Below are positions 19,685 to 29,504 of a stretch of 64,000 nt of DNA, in pieces; position 1 is the stretch's first letter, and each line of letters begins with the position of its first letter. Both the position numbers and the translations under genes were made by a program. This DNA comes from Verrucomicrobiia bacterium (GTDB lineage: Bacteria > Verrucomicrobiota > Verrucomicrobiia > Limisphaerales > UBA1319). The stretch is from the NCBI GenBank assembly GCA_963664225.1, contig OY760937.1, positions 2,016,001 through 2,080,000 on the forward strand, written 5' to 3'. The notes under the pieces are model-generated. The model was not told the DNA's origin and ran no database searches. It was given only the letters and a program-made list of their open reading frames with translations.

Positions 19685-19797
19685 TTTAAAACATACAAAT
19701 CCAACAGATAACAGGCTAGTTTTGTCTGTGTTTGCTCTCGATCAAGTTTTGCATTTCAGATTGAAGGTTTTTCCAGGTTCCTGCATCTAAAGGAGAT

Positions 19798-21132
19798 ATG
19801 AACAACTCGTTGGGATTGTCGCCCTGGCGCCGGGCCGCCGCCGGAATTTTGTCGTGTTCCCTATTTTTGGGACTGTCCTCATATCTTCAAGCGGAGAATT
19901 GGCCGCAATGGCGGGGTCCGCTCCTCAATGGGGCCACCACGGAGACCAATCTTCCCTCGCAGATCGATAAGACGAACGCCTTGTGGACCGTGCCGATGCC
20001 GGGAAAAAGCGGCGCCACGCCGATCATCTGGCAGGACCGTGTGTTCATCTCCAGCCCGGATTCGGAAAAAAATATCCACTTGATTTGCATCAACCGCGTG
20101 GACGGCAAAGTGCTTTGGGACAATCGCCTGGCTACGGGCGATCTGCAGGTGGGCAAAAACAACGCCGCATCGCCGTCCCCCGTGACCGATGGCAAAACGG
20201 TCTGGTTGATTTGCGCCACGGGAGACATTGCCGCTTATGATTTCACCGGACGCGAACTCTGGAAGCGGAACCTGGCCAGGGAATACGGCGCATTTTCCTA
20301 TATGTGGCTCTACGGCAGCTCGCCGCTGCTGCTCGATGGAAGACTCTATATCCCTGTATTACAACGTGATACGCCAGCCTATGCGCATGCCAAGGATGAC
20401 AAGCCGGAGCGTGAGTCCTACCTGCTCTGCCTGGATGCGGCCACAGGCAAGAATCTCTGGCGCCACATCCGCCCGACCGATGCCATCGAGGAATCACAAG
20501 AGTCTTATGCCACGCCAGTTCCATTCGAATTCGAGGGGCGCAAGGAAATCCTGCTGGTGGGCGGGGATTATGTGACCGGGCACGATCCGGAAACCGGCGC
20601 GGAACTCTGGCGTTGTGGTGGATTGAATCCCAAGAAGTCGCACTGGGGCCGCACTATTACGTCGGTATCAACTTCGCCTGGAATGATTTATGCGTGCAGC
20701 GCCAAACGCGAAGTCATGCTGGCCGTGAAGGCTGGCGGCAAGGGACTGGTTACCGGCACGCATGTGGCGTGGACTTATACGGAGAACGTGCCGGACGTGT
20801 GTACCCCGCTCTATTATCAAGGCCAACTCTTTGTGCTGGATGGGGATAAGCAGATGATGACCTGCATGGATCCACGGTCCGGCGAGATCAAATGGCAGGG
20901 CAAGCTCGGCGTGCGCGAGATCTTTAGCGCGTCGCCGATGGGCGCGGATGGCAAAATCTATTGCTTCAGCGAGGATGGTTCCGTGGTGGTGCTGGCCGCC
21001 GGGAACGAGTTCAAAATACTGAGCACCAGTAACTTGGGCGAAGGCCCCAGCATGTCCACGATTGCCGCCGCACAAGGCCAGGTCTTTGTCCGCACCGCAA
21101 AGAACCTCTACTGCTTCGGTCTTAAGAAGTAA
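19798..21132 (+). CDS. PQQ-binding-like beta-propeller protein
   Basis: AENWPQWRGP N-terminus; repeated xxGxxxW blades; RTAKNLYCFG end. Confidence 0.9.
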   Translation: MNNSLGLSPWRRAAAGILSCSLFLGLSSYLQAENWPQWRGPLLNGATTETNLPSQIDKTNALWTVPMPGKSGATPIIWQDRVFISSPDSEKNIHLICINRVDGKVLWDNRLATGDLQVGKNNAASPSPVTDGKTVWLICATGDIAAYDFTGRELWKRNLAREYGAFSYMWLYGSSPLLLDGRLYIPVLQRDTPAYAHAKDDKPERESYLLCLDAATGKNLWRHIRPTDAIEESQESYATPVPFEFEGRKEILLVGGDYVTGHDPETGAELWRCGGLNPKKSHWGRTITSVSTSPGMIYACSAKREVMLAVKAGGKGLVTGTHVAWTYTENVPDVCTPLYYQGQLFVLDGDKQMMTCMDPRSGEIKWQGKLGVREIFSASPMGADGKIYCFSEDGSVVVLAAGNEFKILSTSNLGEGPSMSTIAAAQGQVFVRTAKNLYCFGLKK

Positions 21133-21143
21133 GCGTTCAACCG

Positions 21144-21181
21144 GTTGACCGTGGGTTGACCAGAGTTGACCGCGGTTGACC
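21144..21181 (+). repeat. Four direct GTTGACC repeats at 10-11 bp spacing
   Basis: GTTGACC at 21144, 21155, 21165 and 21175. Confidence 0.85.
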
Positions 21182-21426
21182 GAATTGGGGTCTGGCACGC
21201 GATTGTAACAATTCGCCGCCTGACAAGCCGCCAGTTTTTCATTAGGATTCACACCGCGATTTTGGGCGCACGCAACTCCCAGGGAGTGTCCATAAGGATT
21301 GGATTGCCGGGTTGTAAAAAACGTTCTGCCGGGCGATACTGACCGCGTTAGAGCGACGCACCGGGGACTAATTCCACGGGACGGGCGGCCGCAAAAAATA
21401 TTGCAGCAAACACGGCGACATGGATT

Positions 21427-23571
21427 ATGCCTAAATTGGCGGACGAACCCTTTTTGAATCGGGAGTTAAGCTGGCTGGCCTTTAACCGCCGGGTGCTGGC
21501 GGAGGCGCAGAATCCGGAGAATCCACTTTTGGAGCGCCTGAAATTCTTCACGATTTTCAGTTCGAACCTCGATGAATATTTCGAGGTGCGCGTGGCGGGG
21601 CTCAAGCAGCAGATCGAAAGCGGCGTGGTCGAACGCAGCGACGAAGGGATGACCCCGGCGGAAACCTTCCAGGCCATTGTCAAAATGGTGCGTGAACTGG
21701 TCGATTTCCAATACAAATGCTGGAGGAAGGAGATCGCCCCCGCACTCGCCAAAAACGGCATCCGGCTGCTGGAGTTCAACCAACTCAGCGCCACGGACTC
21801 GCAGTGGGTGGATGTCTATTACAAGGCCGAGGTGCGGCCTGTGCTCACGCCGCTGGCGATCGATCCATCGCATCCATTCCCGCAGTTGTTCAATAAATCG
21901 CTCAACCTGATTGTCGAGCTGGAAACGGACCAGCCGGGCGACAAAAAGCTCCGACTGGCGATTGTTCAAGTGCCACGGATTCTGCCCCGGCTCATTCGAC
22001 TCCCGCGGCCGGACAAGGCGCAGGATTACCTGCCGCTGGGACGCCTGATCAGCCATTACCTGGGCGATCTTTTTGCGGGAATGACCATTCGCGGCTACTG
22101 GCTTTTCCGCGTGACGCGAAACAGCGAACTCTACATCGACGGCGAAGAGACCGCCAACCTGCTCAAGGCGGTGGAGAACGAACTGAAGAATCGTCGGCGC
22201 GGTGCGGCGGTGCGTCTCGAAGTCGAGGGGAATTGCCCGGAACCGATCCTCAACCAACTGCTCAAGAATCTCAATCTCACTCCCGACGATTTGTATCGCA
22301 TCGATGGTCCTTTGAGTCCGGGACGGTTGATGCTCATTTATAGCGAGAACCACGCGCCGGAGTTGCGCGATCCCTCCTTTTTCGCGCCCACGCCACGGAC
22401 GCTGAGCCACCCCGCGGATATTTTTGCCTCCATCAAAAAACAGGATATTCTGCTCCACCACCCCTACGATAATTTCGAGGGGGTGGCGGCCTTTCTGGAA
22501 CGCGCCGCCGAGGATCCCAAGGTGCTGGCCATCAAGCAGACGCTCTACCGCACCGGAGGGGATCCGCGCATCGTCGGCGCGCTGATGCGGGCGGTCAACA
22601 ACGGCAAACAAGTCACCGCGGTGGTGGAACTCAAGGCGCGGTTCGATGAGGCCAACAATATCGAATGGGCGCGACGACTTGAGGAGGCCGGGGTTCATGT
22701 GGTCTATGGTTTGGTGCGCTACAAAATCCACGGGAAGATTTGTTTGGTGGTGCGCCGCGAGGATTTGGGCATTCGCCGTTATGTCCATGTGAGCACAGGC
22801 AATTACAACCCCATCACCTCGCGCATTTACACGGACTTGGGGTTGCTGACGTGCCATCCGGATTTCGGCGAGGACGCCACCAACCTGTTCAATCTTTTGA
22901 CGGGCATCTGCCAGTTTCAAGGGATGCGCCAGTTCATGGTCGCGCCATTCCAACTGCACGAGCGGATCCTGGCCCTGATCGAACGGGAAATTCCCAACGC
23001 CGCCCAGGGACTGCCGGCGCGCATCATTGCCAAGATGAATTCGCTGGTGGACCCCCAGATCATCAAGGCTCTTTACCGGGCCTCGGCCGCAGGGGTGAAA
23101 ATCGATCTGATCGTGCGGGGAATCTGCTGCCTGCGCCCCGGCGTGAAGGGTCTGAGCGAAAACATCACCGTGCGTGGTGTGGTGGATCGCTTTCTGGAAC
23201 ACAGCCGCATTTTCTATTTCGAAAACGCCTGCCAGCCCGAGGTCTATCTGGGCAGCGCGGATTGGATGCCCCGGAATTTCTTCGGACGCGTGGAAATCGT
23301 GTTCCCCATTTTGGACGGCATGCTGTGCGAAAGAATCCGGGAGGAGATTCTGGAAACAAGCCTCAAAGACAACGTCAAGACCTGGTATTTGAACGAGAGC
23401 GGAGCCTACTCCCGGGTGGTTCGCAAGAAGGGCGAGAAGCCGTTCCGCAGCCAGTCTGAATTCATCGCCATGGCCATTGCCTCCCAGGTGCCGCCTGAGA
23501 AGGCCAAAGATAAATTCCCCCAAGTCCAAACTAACAAGACGCCAGACCTGTCGGCCACGAAGTTGCAGTAG
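21427..23571 (+). CDS. ppk1: Polyphosphate kinase 1
   Basis: NRELSWLAFNRRVL, LLHHPY, IKQTLYRT, ELKARFDEANNI, KIHGK, RFLEHSRI, SADWMPRN. Confidence 0.97.
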   Translation: MPKLADEPFLNRELSWLAFNRRVLAEAQNPENPLLERLKFFTIFSSNLDEYFEVRVAGLKQQIESGVVERSDEGMTPAETFQAIVKMVRELVDFQYKCWRKEIAPALAKNGIRLLEFNQLSATDSQWVDVYYKAEVRPVLTPLAIDPSHPFPQLFNKSLNLIVELETDQPGDKKLRLAIVQVPRILPRLIRLPRPDKAQDYLPLGRLISHYLGDLFAGMTIRGYWLFRVTRNSELYIDGEETANLLKAVENELKNRRRGAAVRLEVEGNCPEPILNQLLKNLNLTPDDLYRIDGPLSPGRLMLIYSENHAPELRDPSFFAPTPRTLSHPADIFASIKKQDILLHHPYDNFEGVAAFLERAAEDPKVLAIKQTLYRTGGDPRIVGALMRAVNNGKQVTAVVELKARFDEANNIEWARRLEEAGVHVVYGLVRYKIHGKICLVVRREDLGIRRYVHVSTGNYNPITSRIYTDLGLLTCHPDFGEDATNLFNLLTGICQFQGMRQFMVAPFQLHERILALIEREIPNAAQGLPARIIAKMNSLVDPQIIKALYRASAAGVKIDLIVRGICCLRPGVKGLSENITVRGVVDRFLEHSRIFYFENACQPEVYLGSADWMPRNFFGRVEIVFPILDGMLCERIREEILETSLKDNVKTWYLNESGAYSRVVRKKGEKPFRSQSEFIAMAIASQVPPEKAKDKFPQVQTNKTPDLSATKLQ

Positions 23572-23654
23572 TAAGCCACGGTGAATGCGGAGGAGCGCAG
23601 ATTTTAAAACGCCAATGGGCGCGGGTGTATGACAGAATTCTTCGGCAAGCGAAA

Positions 23655-24315
23655 AAGGGTGGTTTGAGTGGTGCCGCCGCGTGGGGTTGACGGGCGAAGA
23701 AGTGGGGCGCGAATAAAGCATCACGCGGAGGCGCGGAGAACGCGGAGAATTAGAGTGGATGGGATCCGAAAAGCCACCTCACCCCGGCCCAATGGCTTCC
23801 CAAGCCCGCCACGAGTTGGTGGCCCAATAAGGGACGTGCGCTTCGCGCATCGTGGTCCCCTGAGCGGAGAGGGAGGAGTGTTGGGCGGCTCTGGTGAGAT
23901 TGGATGGTTGGGAAGGTGCCGCCGCGTGGGGTCGGTTCAGGAGGAAAATATCAGTTGGATGGTGAAATAGGGCACGCCCTCATCCCGCCTTCTCCCCCAG
24001 GAGAAGGAGAAGTTTCGCAAGTTGCGGGTTGAATTGAGTGGTCTGGAAGGTGGCGGCGCGTGGGGTTGGTTGAGGACAGAATGGATAATGGACAATTGAT
24101 AATGGACAATCAAAGAAATTGAAGTTTCGAAAGTCGCGGGGTGAAGGGTGGTTTGAGTGGTGCCGCCGCGTGGGGTTGGTTCGTGAAGAAATAATTAGTT
24201 GGAGGGTGAAATAGGGCACGCCCTCATCCCGGCCTTCTCCCCCAGGAGAAGGAGGAGTTTTGGGAGCCTTGGGTTTATTGCACGGTTTGGAGGTGCCGCC
24301 GCGTGGGGTTGGTTC
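23655..24315 (+). repeat. Array of ~133-bp composite repeats upstream of the DUF559 gene
   Basis: Motif A GGTGCCGCCGCGTGGGGTTG at 23670, 23915, 24049, 24159, 24292; motif B GCACGCCCTCATCCC(G)GCCTTCTCCCCCAGGAGAAGGAG at 23972 and 24216; interrupted variant at 23777-23875. Confidence 0.9.
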
Positions 24316-24440
24316 ATAAAAGAAGGTCCAACGAAGCGGCGCATTCGTCGCCATTACGCGCGTCCAATTGGTTCTCGCTCGCGAGCGGGGGAGGCGTATT
24401 TGCTCTTCCAAAGTCATCGAGTTCATGCCAGAAACGTCTC

Positions 24441-24863
24441 ATGTTCCACGTTGCCAGCGCGCGTTCTTTGCGCAAGAGGCCCAGTTGGGCCGAAAAGCTC
24501 GTTTGGAAGTGGCTGCGGGATCGGCGATTCAGTGCTTTCAAATTCCGTCGGCAGCATCCCGTGGGTACTTACTGCCTTGATTTTTACTGCGTGGAGGCGC
24601 GGCTTTCCATTGAACTGGATGGCAGGCAGCACGGACATCCAGACCAGAAGGCTCACGATGCAGAACGCGCGAAATTCCTCGCTTCGATGGGCATAAAAGA
24701 ATTGCGCTTCTGGAACTCCCGTTTGAAGCGGGAGCAACAAGCGATTCGGGACATGATTTTCCTGGAGTTGCAGGAACGTTCTCCCCATCCATTGCCTCGT
24801 TACACGAGGCCGATGACACCATGCGATTCTCGGCCATTGGGAGATGGAATTTGCCTTCCGTGA
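24441..24863 (+). CDS. DUF559 (Vsr-like PD-(D/E)xK) endonuclease
   Basis: ARSLRK..SWAEKLVW..LRDRRF..KFRRQHP...LDFYC....IELDG.QH...D..R...L...G...LRFWN. Confidence 0.9.
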   Translation: MFHVASARSLRKRPSWAEKLVWKWLRDRRFSAFKFRRQHPVGTYCLDFYCVEARLSIELDGRQHGHPDQKAHDAERAKFLASMGIKELRFWNSRLKREQQAIRDMIFLELQERSPHPLPRYTRPMTPCDSRPLGDGICLP

Positions 24864-24902
24864 TTGAGTGCCGTCTATTGAAAGTGAGAAAAATGGATTG
24901 AC

Positions 24903-25125
24903 GCACGCCCTCATCCCTCCTTCTCCCCCAGGAGAAGGAGGAGTTTTGCGAGGTGTCGGTGTATTTGGATGGTTTGGGAGCTGCCACCGCGTGGGGTTGG
25001 CTCGTGAAGGAAACTTTAGTTGGAGTGTGAAATAGGGCACGCCCTCATCCCGCCTTCTCCCCCAGGAGAAGGGGGAGTTTTGGGAGCCTTGGGTTTATTG
25101 CACGGTTTGGAGGATGCCGCCGCGT
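24903..25125 (+). repeat. Two further ~134-bp composite repeat units downstream of the DUF559 gene
   Basis: Motif B at 24903 and 25037; motif A variants at 24980 and 25113. Confidence 0.9.
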
Positions 25126-25279
25126 CGGATTACATGCTCCACACCGGAGCCTGGATTCCATGCTGGGTTCGCACGGTTTAGGTTTCTACCCGCTTCCTGT
25201 TTTTTGTCCTGCGCCCGAGTTTATTAGCGTTCACAAATTGTATTTGTCAGGCAGTCTGTCGAGTGTTCTAATCCATCCT

Positions 25280-28200
25280 ATGAACATCGTGGCCATTCTT
25301 CGGGGGGAAGTTGCATTAAATGATCGATCTACGAACCGCCGTCTCGAGTGGTCGCGCGCGCTCGTCTTACTTACAGCGCTCTTTCTGCTGGGTTCCGTCG
25401 CCGCACAAGCCCGGGTGATTTACGTCAATGGCGCGCTTCAGACCGATCCGGTTCCCACGGGCCAAACATGGGCCACGGCATGGAACACCATCGGGGACGC
25501 TGTGAACGAAGCGAGCGAGGGGGACGAGATCTGGGTGGCACAAGGAACCTACAAGGAATTTGTGGTCATCACAAACGCCGTGGCCCTGTATGGCGGCTTT
25601 GTGGGGACGGAGACGAATCGCGAAGAGCGCAACTTCACCTGGAATACGACGACCATTTATGGGGATGGGGGCGGGGTTGTTATTCGCCAAAACGTGGTCA
25701 ACATTTTTGGTTTTACCAATGAATTGGCGCGTCTGGATGGTTTTACAGTCGGAAAGGATCCAATGGTTTTGGGCAGCGCCATCTGCAGTAGTAACGCATC
25801 CCCTGTAATTGCCAATAACCGCGTCTGCGGTCTGACGAATTTTACCACTGGAGTCATTCTTTGCACGGGAGGCGCCCCACTGGTCAGCAGTAACTACATT
25901 GCAAATAATTGGACCACTCATAGCGACCTCATTGGTACCAACTACAGCGGTGCGGGTGGTATGTATGTTCATAATAGCGATGCGCATATTGTGGAAAACC
26001 GGATTATTGGGAACAAATCGGATCATGGTGCCGGTATTACGGTTAGTTATGGCTCGCCCTTGATTGAATTTAATGACATCATGGGCAATTCTGCCGATAA
26101 TTTTTCTGGAGGTGTGGATTGCTGGAAAACTTCCGCTAGGATCTCGAACAACAGGATCATTGGAAATTCAGTGGCACACTTTTTTTCGAATGAGGCAGGC
26201 GGGGGCCTTTCTTTTTCGTCATGCGATAATATTATTGTGGCCAATAACCTGGTTATGGCGAACTATATTGTTCCATCAGCGCCACTTGCATATGGTTCTT
26301 CCGGGGGAATTAACACGATGGGTGGCAGTGGAACGATCATCAATAATACCGTACTCTATAATAGGGGAGGCCAAGCCGCAGGTATTTGGGGCACCTTTAA
26401 TGTATCGATTCTAAACAACATAATTGCCTTCGGCTCCACGAGCGTTGGATTGGATGGAGCCGCAAAATCTGCAAATAATTGTATTTATGGGTTCAAAACG
26501 AATATTTACGTTCCAATGTTCGAGCAGACTGGAACCAACGGCAATATCGATCGCGATCCGATGCTGGATGGCGACGCGCGGAATCCCGGATGGCATTTAA
26601 TGCCGGGATCTCCCTGCATCGGTGCCGGAGATATCAGCCAGGTCTCGCCTGACTGGCAGGATATCGACGGAGAGCCTCGCATGCGGGGATCAAATGTCGA
26701 TATCGGCGCAGATGCGTTTCAGGCGAATTATTCCACTCCAGCCCGACTCGTTTGTTTTGTTAGTCCAGCGGGTGACGACCGCAACGATGGATTGAGCTGG
26801 GCGACCGCCAAGCACACGGTGCAGGCTGGCCTGGACCGCGCGGTTCTGGCATGTGGCGAGGTTTGGGTGGCCGCGGGTTTTTACCCGGAACGAATCACGA
26901 TGCGGCCGTATGTTGATTTGTACGGAGGATTCTCAGGCGTGGAGACCAACCGGGATCAGCGGGATTGGAAACGCAACGGGACCATTTTGGATGGCCAGGG
27001 TTTGGGAAGTGTGGTTCTGATTGAGAATTTAGGTACAACAAATTGTCTGGATGGATTTACGATTCAAAATGGTTTTTCTGAAAATGGCGGCGGGATTTAT
27101 GCAAAGTATAGTTATCCAATCATTGCCAATAATATCATCCAAAATAACACCACAACGAATAAGGCCCGTTCCTACGCCGGTGGAGGCGTCTATTCCGCGC
27201 AGTGCGTGCTGGTCTTGTCCAATAATATTATCCAAAATAACATTTCAGCCTTTGGAGGCGGAATCTACCTGAAAGATGACCGGGGGGATATGATTGTCCG
27301 AAACACGTTCAAAGCGAACACAGCCTTCCCGTTTATTCTGGAATCTGGCGGTGGGGGGATATATGTGTTGCATAGCCTTGTGAAGATTCTCAATAATGTC
27401 TTCGTCTCCAATGTTTTCACCAATCTAAAATCTTTGCCTTTGCAATTCGCTCACGGGAGTGCCATTTGCTTAAATGAAAAACTCAGTTTGAATTCTCCCG
27501 CCAATGAAATCCGGAATAATACATTCATCGGTAACAGAACCTTTGAAGCTACAGAATCGGGCGCGATTGCGCTACTATCGTCTAAAAACACCCTGTGTTT
27601 AAACAACCTGCTCGCCTATAATTCTTCCGGGCTATTCACCATGACGAGCAGCAACATTCAATGGCTAAATAACTGTGTTTATTCGAATGTTTCATTCAAC
27701 TATAAAGGGATTAACGAACAGACAGGTTCCAATGGAAACATCAATGCAAGTCCACTTCTCGCAATGCCTCCGCAACCTTATCTTTCGTCCAAATCGCCTT
27801 GCATCGATGCTGGATTGTTCCGGCCTGAGGCAACCAACGAATTGGATTGGGCGGGGAATCCGCGATTGGTTGGAAGCTCGGTTGATATTGGCGCGGTTGA
27901 GTATTCCAGTTCGCTGCCGCTATTGGAGCGACCCGTGTATTTCGTCAGCACCAACGGTTCGGATACGAACGGCGGACGTTCCTGGCTGGATGCCAAACAA
28001 ACGGTCCAGGCGGGAATTAATGCCGCATCAGAGGACGGCGGAGAAGTCTGGGTGGCGGCGGGGACGTATGTTGAAAACTTGAAGATGCCTTCGTTTGTTT
28101 CGCTCTACGGTGGATTCAAGGGCGGCGAAACCATGCTGAACGAGCGCGATTGGAACGCCAACCCAACTATTCTTGACGGAGGCAGCATCACGAATGTGAT

Positions 28201-29419
28201 CCAAATAGCCAATGCGTGGGAGAGTTCTGTCCTGTCCGGGTTCACCATTCAGAACGGCAATGCGTGGAATGGCTCTGGAATTCAATGTGGAAACGGTGCG
28301 ATGCGCATTTCGGACAATCGACTCATCATGAACAACGGCAGCCCTGCCATAGTGAGTTTATACGCCGCACCGTTGATTTGTAATAACCTGATTGCCTTCA
28401 ACACAAATAACAATATCAGCCTGATTCTCGATCAACGTGGCGGCAGCGCGCTCGGTCTAATCTCCTCACCCAAGGCGAAAGTTATCAATAATACAATTGT
28501 ATCCAATTATGTGGATAGGACGACTCGTTATAACGGCATTTATGCGGCCGTTTACAGCAACCCGGGAGGGATTTTCATCAATAATATCATCGCCTGGAAT
28601 AACGATAGCGGCATACAATCCAACTATTCTCAGCCCGGTCCTGCGTTGACCAACAACTGTTTCTATGGAAACAACCGGACCAATTACTTATACGCGTATC
28701 CCGGCCGCACCGATATCTCGGTGGATCCTTTGTTTATTCCGGGAACGTCCCAGCTTTCGGCCAACTCGCCCTGCATCGATGCGGGGAACGATTCAATGAT
28801 CACGCCGGACATGCTGGACCTGGCGGGGGCGGCGCGGTTGCAGGGCATGCATGTGGATATCGGGGCTTTCGAATATGCGGCGGCGGGGGATTGGGTGAGT
28901 TTTGTGCCCGGTGGCGAATCGGTCCAAGCCACGCCGGTAACCATCGGCGGCATCACGTATGTGCCGTGGCGTTTTGAATTCGCGGATTCGAAGTATCGGA
29001 TGGTGGAACCGGGAACCTCAACCATGGACGGGACAAATATCACCTGCCGTTTTGATATTGAACAATGGTCGGGCGCGGAAACTCCGGGGACCAACGTCAT
29101 CGCGGGAACGTTCGTTCTGGGCGCGTTGAATCCGGGCGATTACGCAATGGTGGTGAACGTGAGCAGCAATGACGTGAAGACCGTGCCGTTCAGCGTCTCA
29201 GCGGGGAAGGCGTCCACGCTGGCCTGGCAGCCGCGCAGTGAGGGGGCGTTGAAGTTGCAGGTGCTCGGTGTGGCGGATGTGACGTATCGGCTGCTCTGCG
29301 CGACGAATCTGGTGAATTGGGAGATTCTTTCGACGCATCATGGGGCGCCGTTTGAGTTGGAGGTGACCAATAACACGGAAATCCCCACGTTGTTTTACCG
29401 GGTGGAGATCGAGAAATAG
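25280..29419 (+). CDS. Large secreted protein with three parallel beta-helix (choice-of-anchor Q-like) modules
   Basis: Three repeats of G.(S/T)W..A..T...E(I/V)WVA.G.Y.E...LYGGF.G.ET and SPCI(D/G)AG...VDIGA; Asn-rich coils; C-terminal TNL..W...FYRV tail. Confidence 0.85.
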   Translation: MNIVAILRGEVALNDRSTNRRLEWSRALVLLTALFLLGSVAAQARVIYVNGALQTDPVPTGQTWATAWNTIGDAVNEASEGDEIWVAQGTYKEFVVITNAVALYGGFVGTETNREERNFTWNTTTIYGDGGGVVIRQNVVNIFGFTNELARLDGFTVGKDPMVLGSAICSSNASPVIANNRVCGLTNFTTGVILCTGGAPLVSSNYIANNWTTHSDLIGTNYSGAGGMYVHNSDAHIVENRIIGNKSDHGAGITVSYGSPLIEFNDIMGNSADNFSGGVDCWKTSARISNNRIIGNSVAHFFSNEAGGGLSFSSCDNIIVANNLVMANYIVPSAPLAYGSSGGINTMGGSGTIINNTVLYNRGGQAAGIWGTFNVSILNNIIAFGSTSVGLDGAAKSANNCIYGFKTNIYVPMFEQTGTNGNIDRDPMLDGDARNPGWHLMPGSPCIGAGDISQVSPDWQDIDGEPRMRGSNVDIGADAFQANYSTPARLVCFVSPAGDDRNDGLSWATAKHTVQAGLDRAVLACGEVWVAAGFYPERITMRPYVDLYGGFSGVETNRDQRDWKRNGTILDGQGLGSVVLIENLGTTNCLDGFTIQNGFSENGGGIYAKYSYPIIANNIIQNNTTTNKARSYAGGGVYSAQCVLVLSNNIIQNNISAFGGGIYLKDDRGDMIVRNTFKANTAFPFILESGGGGIYVLHSLVKILNNVFVSNVFTNLKSLPLQFAHGSAICLNEKLSLNSPANEIRNNTFIGNRTFEATESGAIALLSSKNTLCLNNLLAYNSSGLFTMTSSNIQWLNNCVYSNVSFNYKGINEQTGSNGNINASPLLAMPPQPYLSSKSPCIDAGLFRPEATNELDWAGNPRLVGSSVDIGAVEYSSSLPLLERPVYFVSTNGSDTNGGRSWLDAKQTVQAGINAASEDGGEVWVAAGTYVENLKMPSFVSLYGGFKGGETMLNERDWNANPTILDGGSITNVIQIANAWESSVLSGFTIQNGNAWNGSGIQCGNGAMRISDNRLIMNNGSPAIVSLYAAPLICNNLIAFNTNNNISLILDQRGGSALGLISSPKAKVINNTIVSNYVDRTTRYNGIYAAVYSNPGGIFINNIIAWNNDSGIQSNYSQPGPALTNNCFYGNNRTNYLYAYPGRTDISVDPLFIPGTSQLSANSPCIDAGNDSMITPDMLDLAGAARLQGMHVDIGAFEYAAAGDWVSFVPGGESVQATPVTIGGITYVPWRFEFADSKYRMVEPGTSTMDGTNITCRFDIEQWSGAETPGTNVIAGTFVLGALNPGDYAMVVNVSSNDVKTVPFSVSAGKASTLAWQPRSEGALKLQVLGVADVTYRLLCATNLVNWEILSTHHGAPFELEVTNNTEIPTLFYRVEIEK

Positions 29420-29504
29420 GGACGCAAATCACGCTTGCCAGCGGGGGGCGGGTCGGGCTTAACTTTAGCGAGTTTGGCGGCCCGCACGGCCCGCCTACCT
29501 GTGC

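Noticed and set aside
21193..21207. TGGCACGCGATTGT as a sigma54 promoter for ppk1
   Set aside because: Spacing is one base short and the -12 GC is missing
23980..25040. Minus-strand ORFs containing TPPSPGGEGRDEG (also 36455-36775)
   Set aside because: These are translations of the DNA repeat motif, not genes
23655..25125. CRISPR array
   Set aside because: Spacing of 110-245 bp is irregular, inter-repeat segments resemble each other rather than being unique spacers, and there are no cas genes
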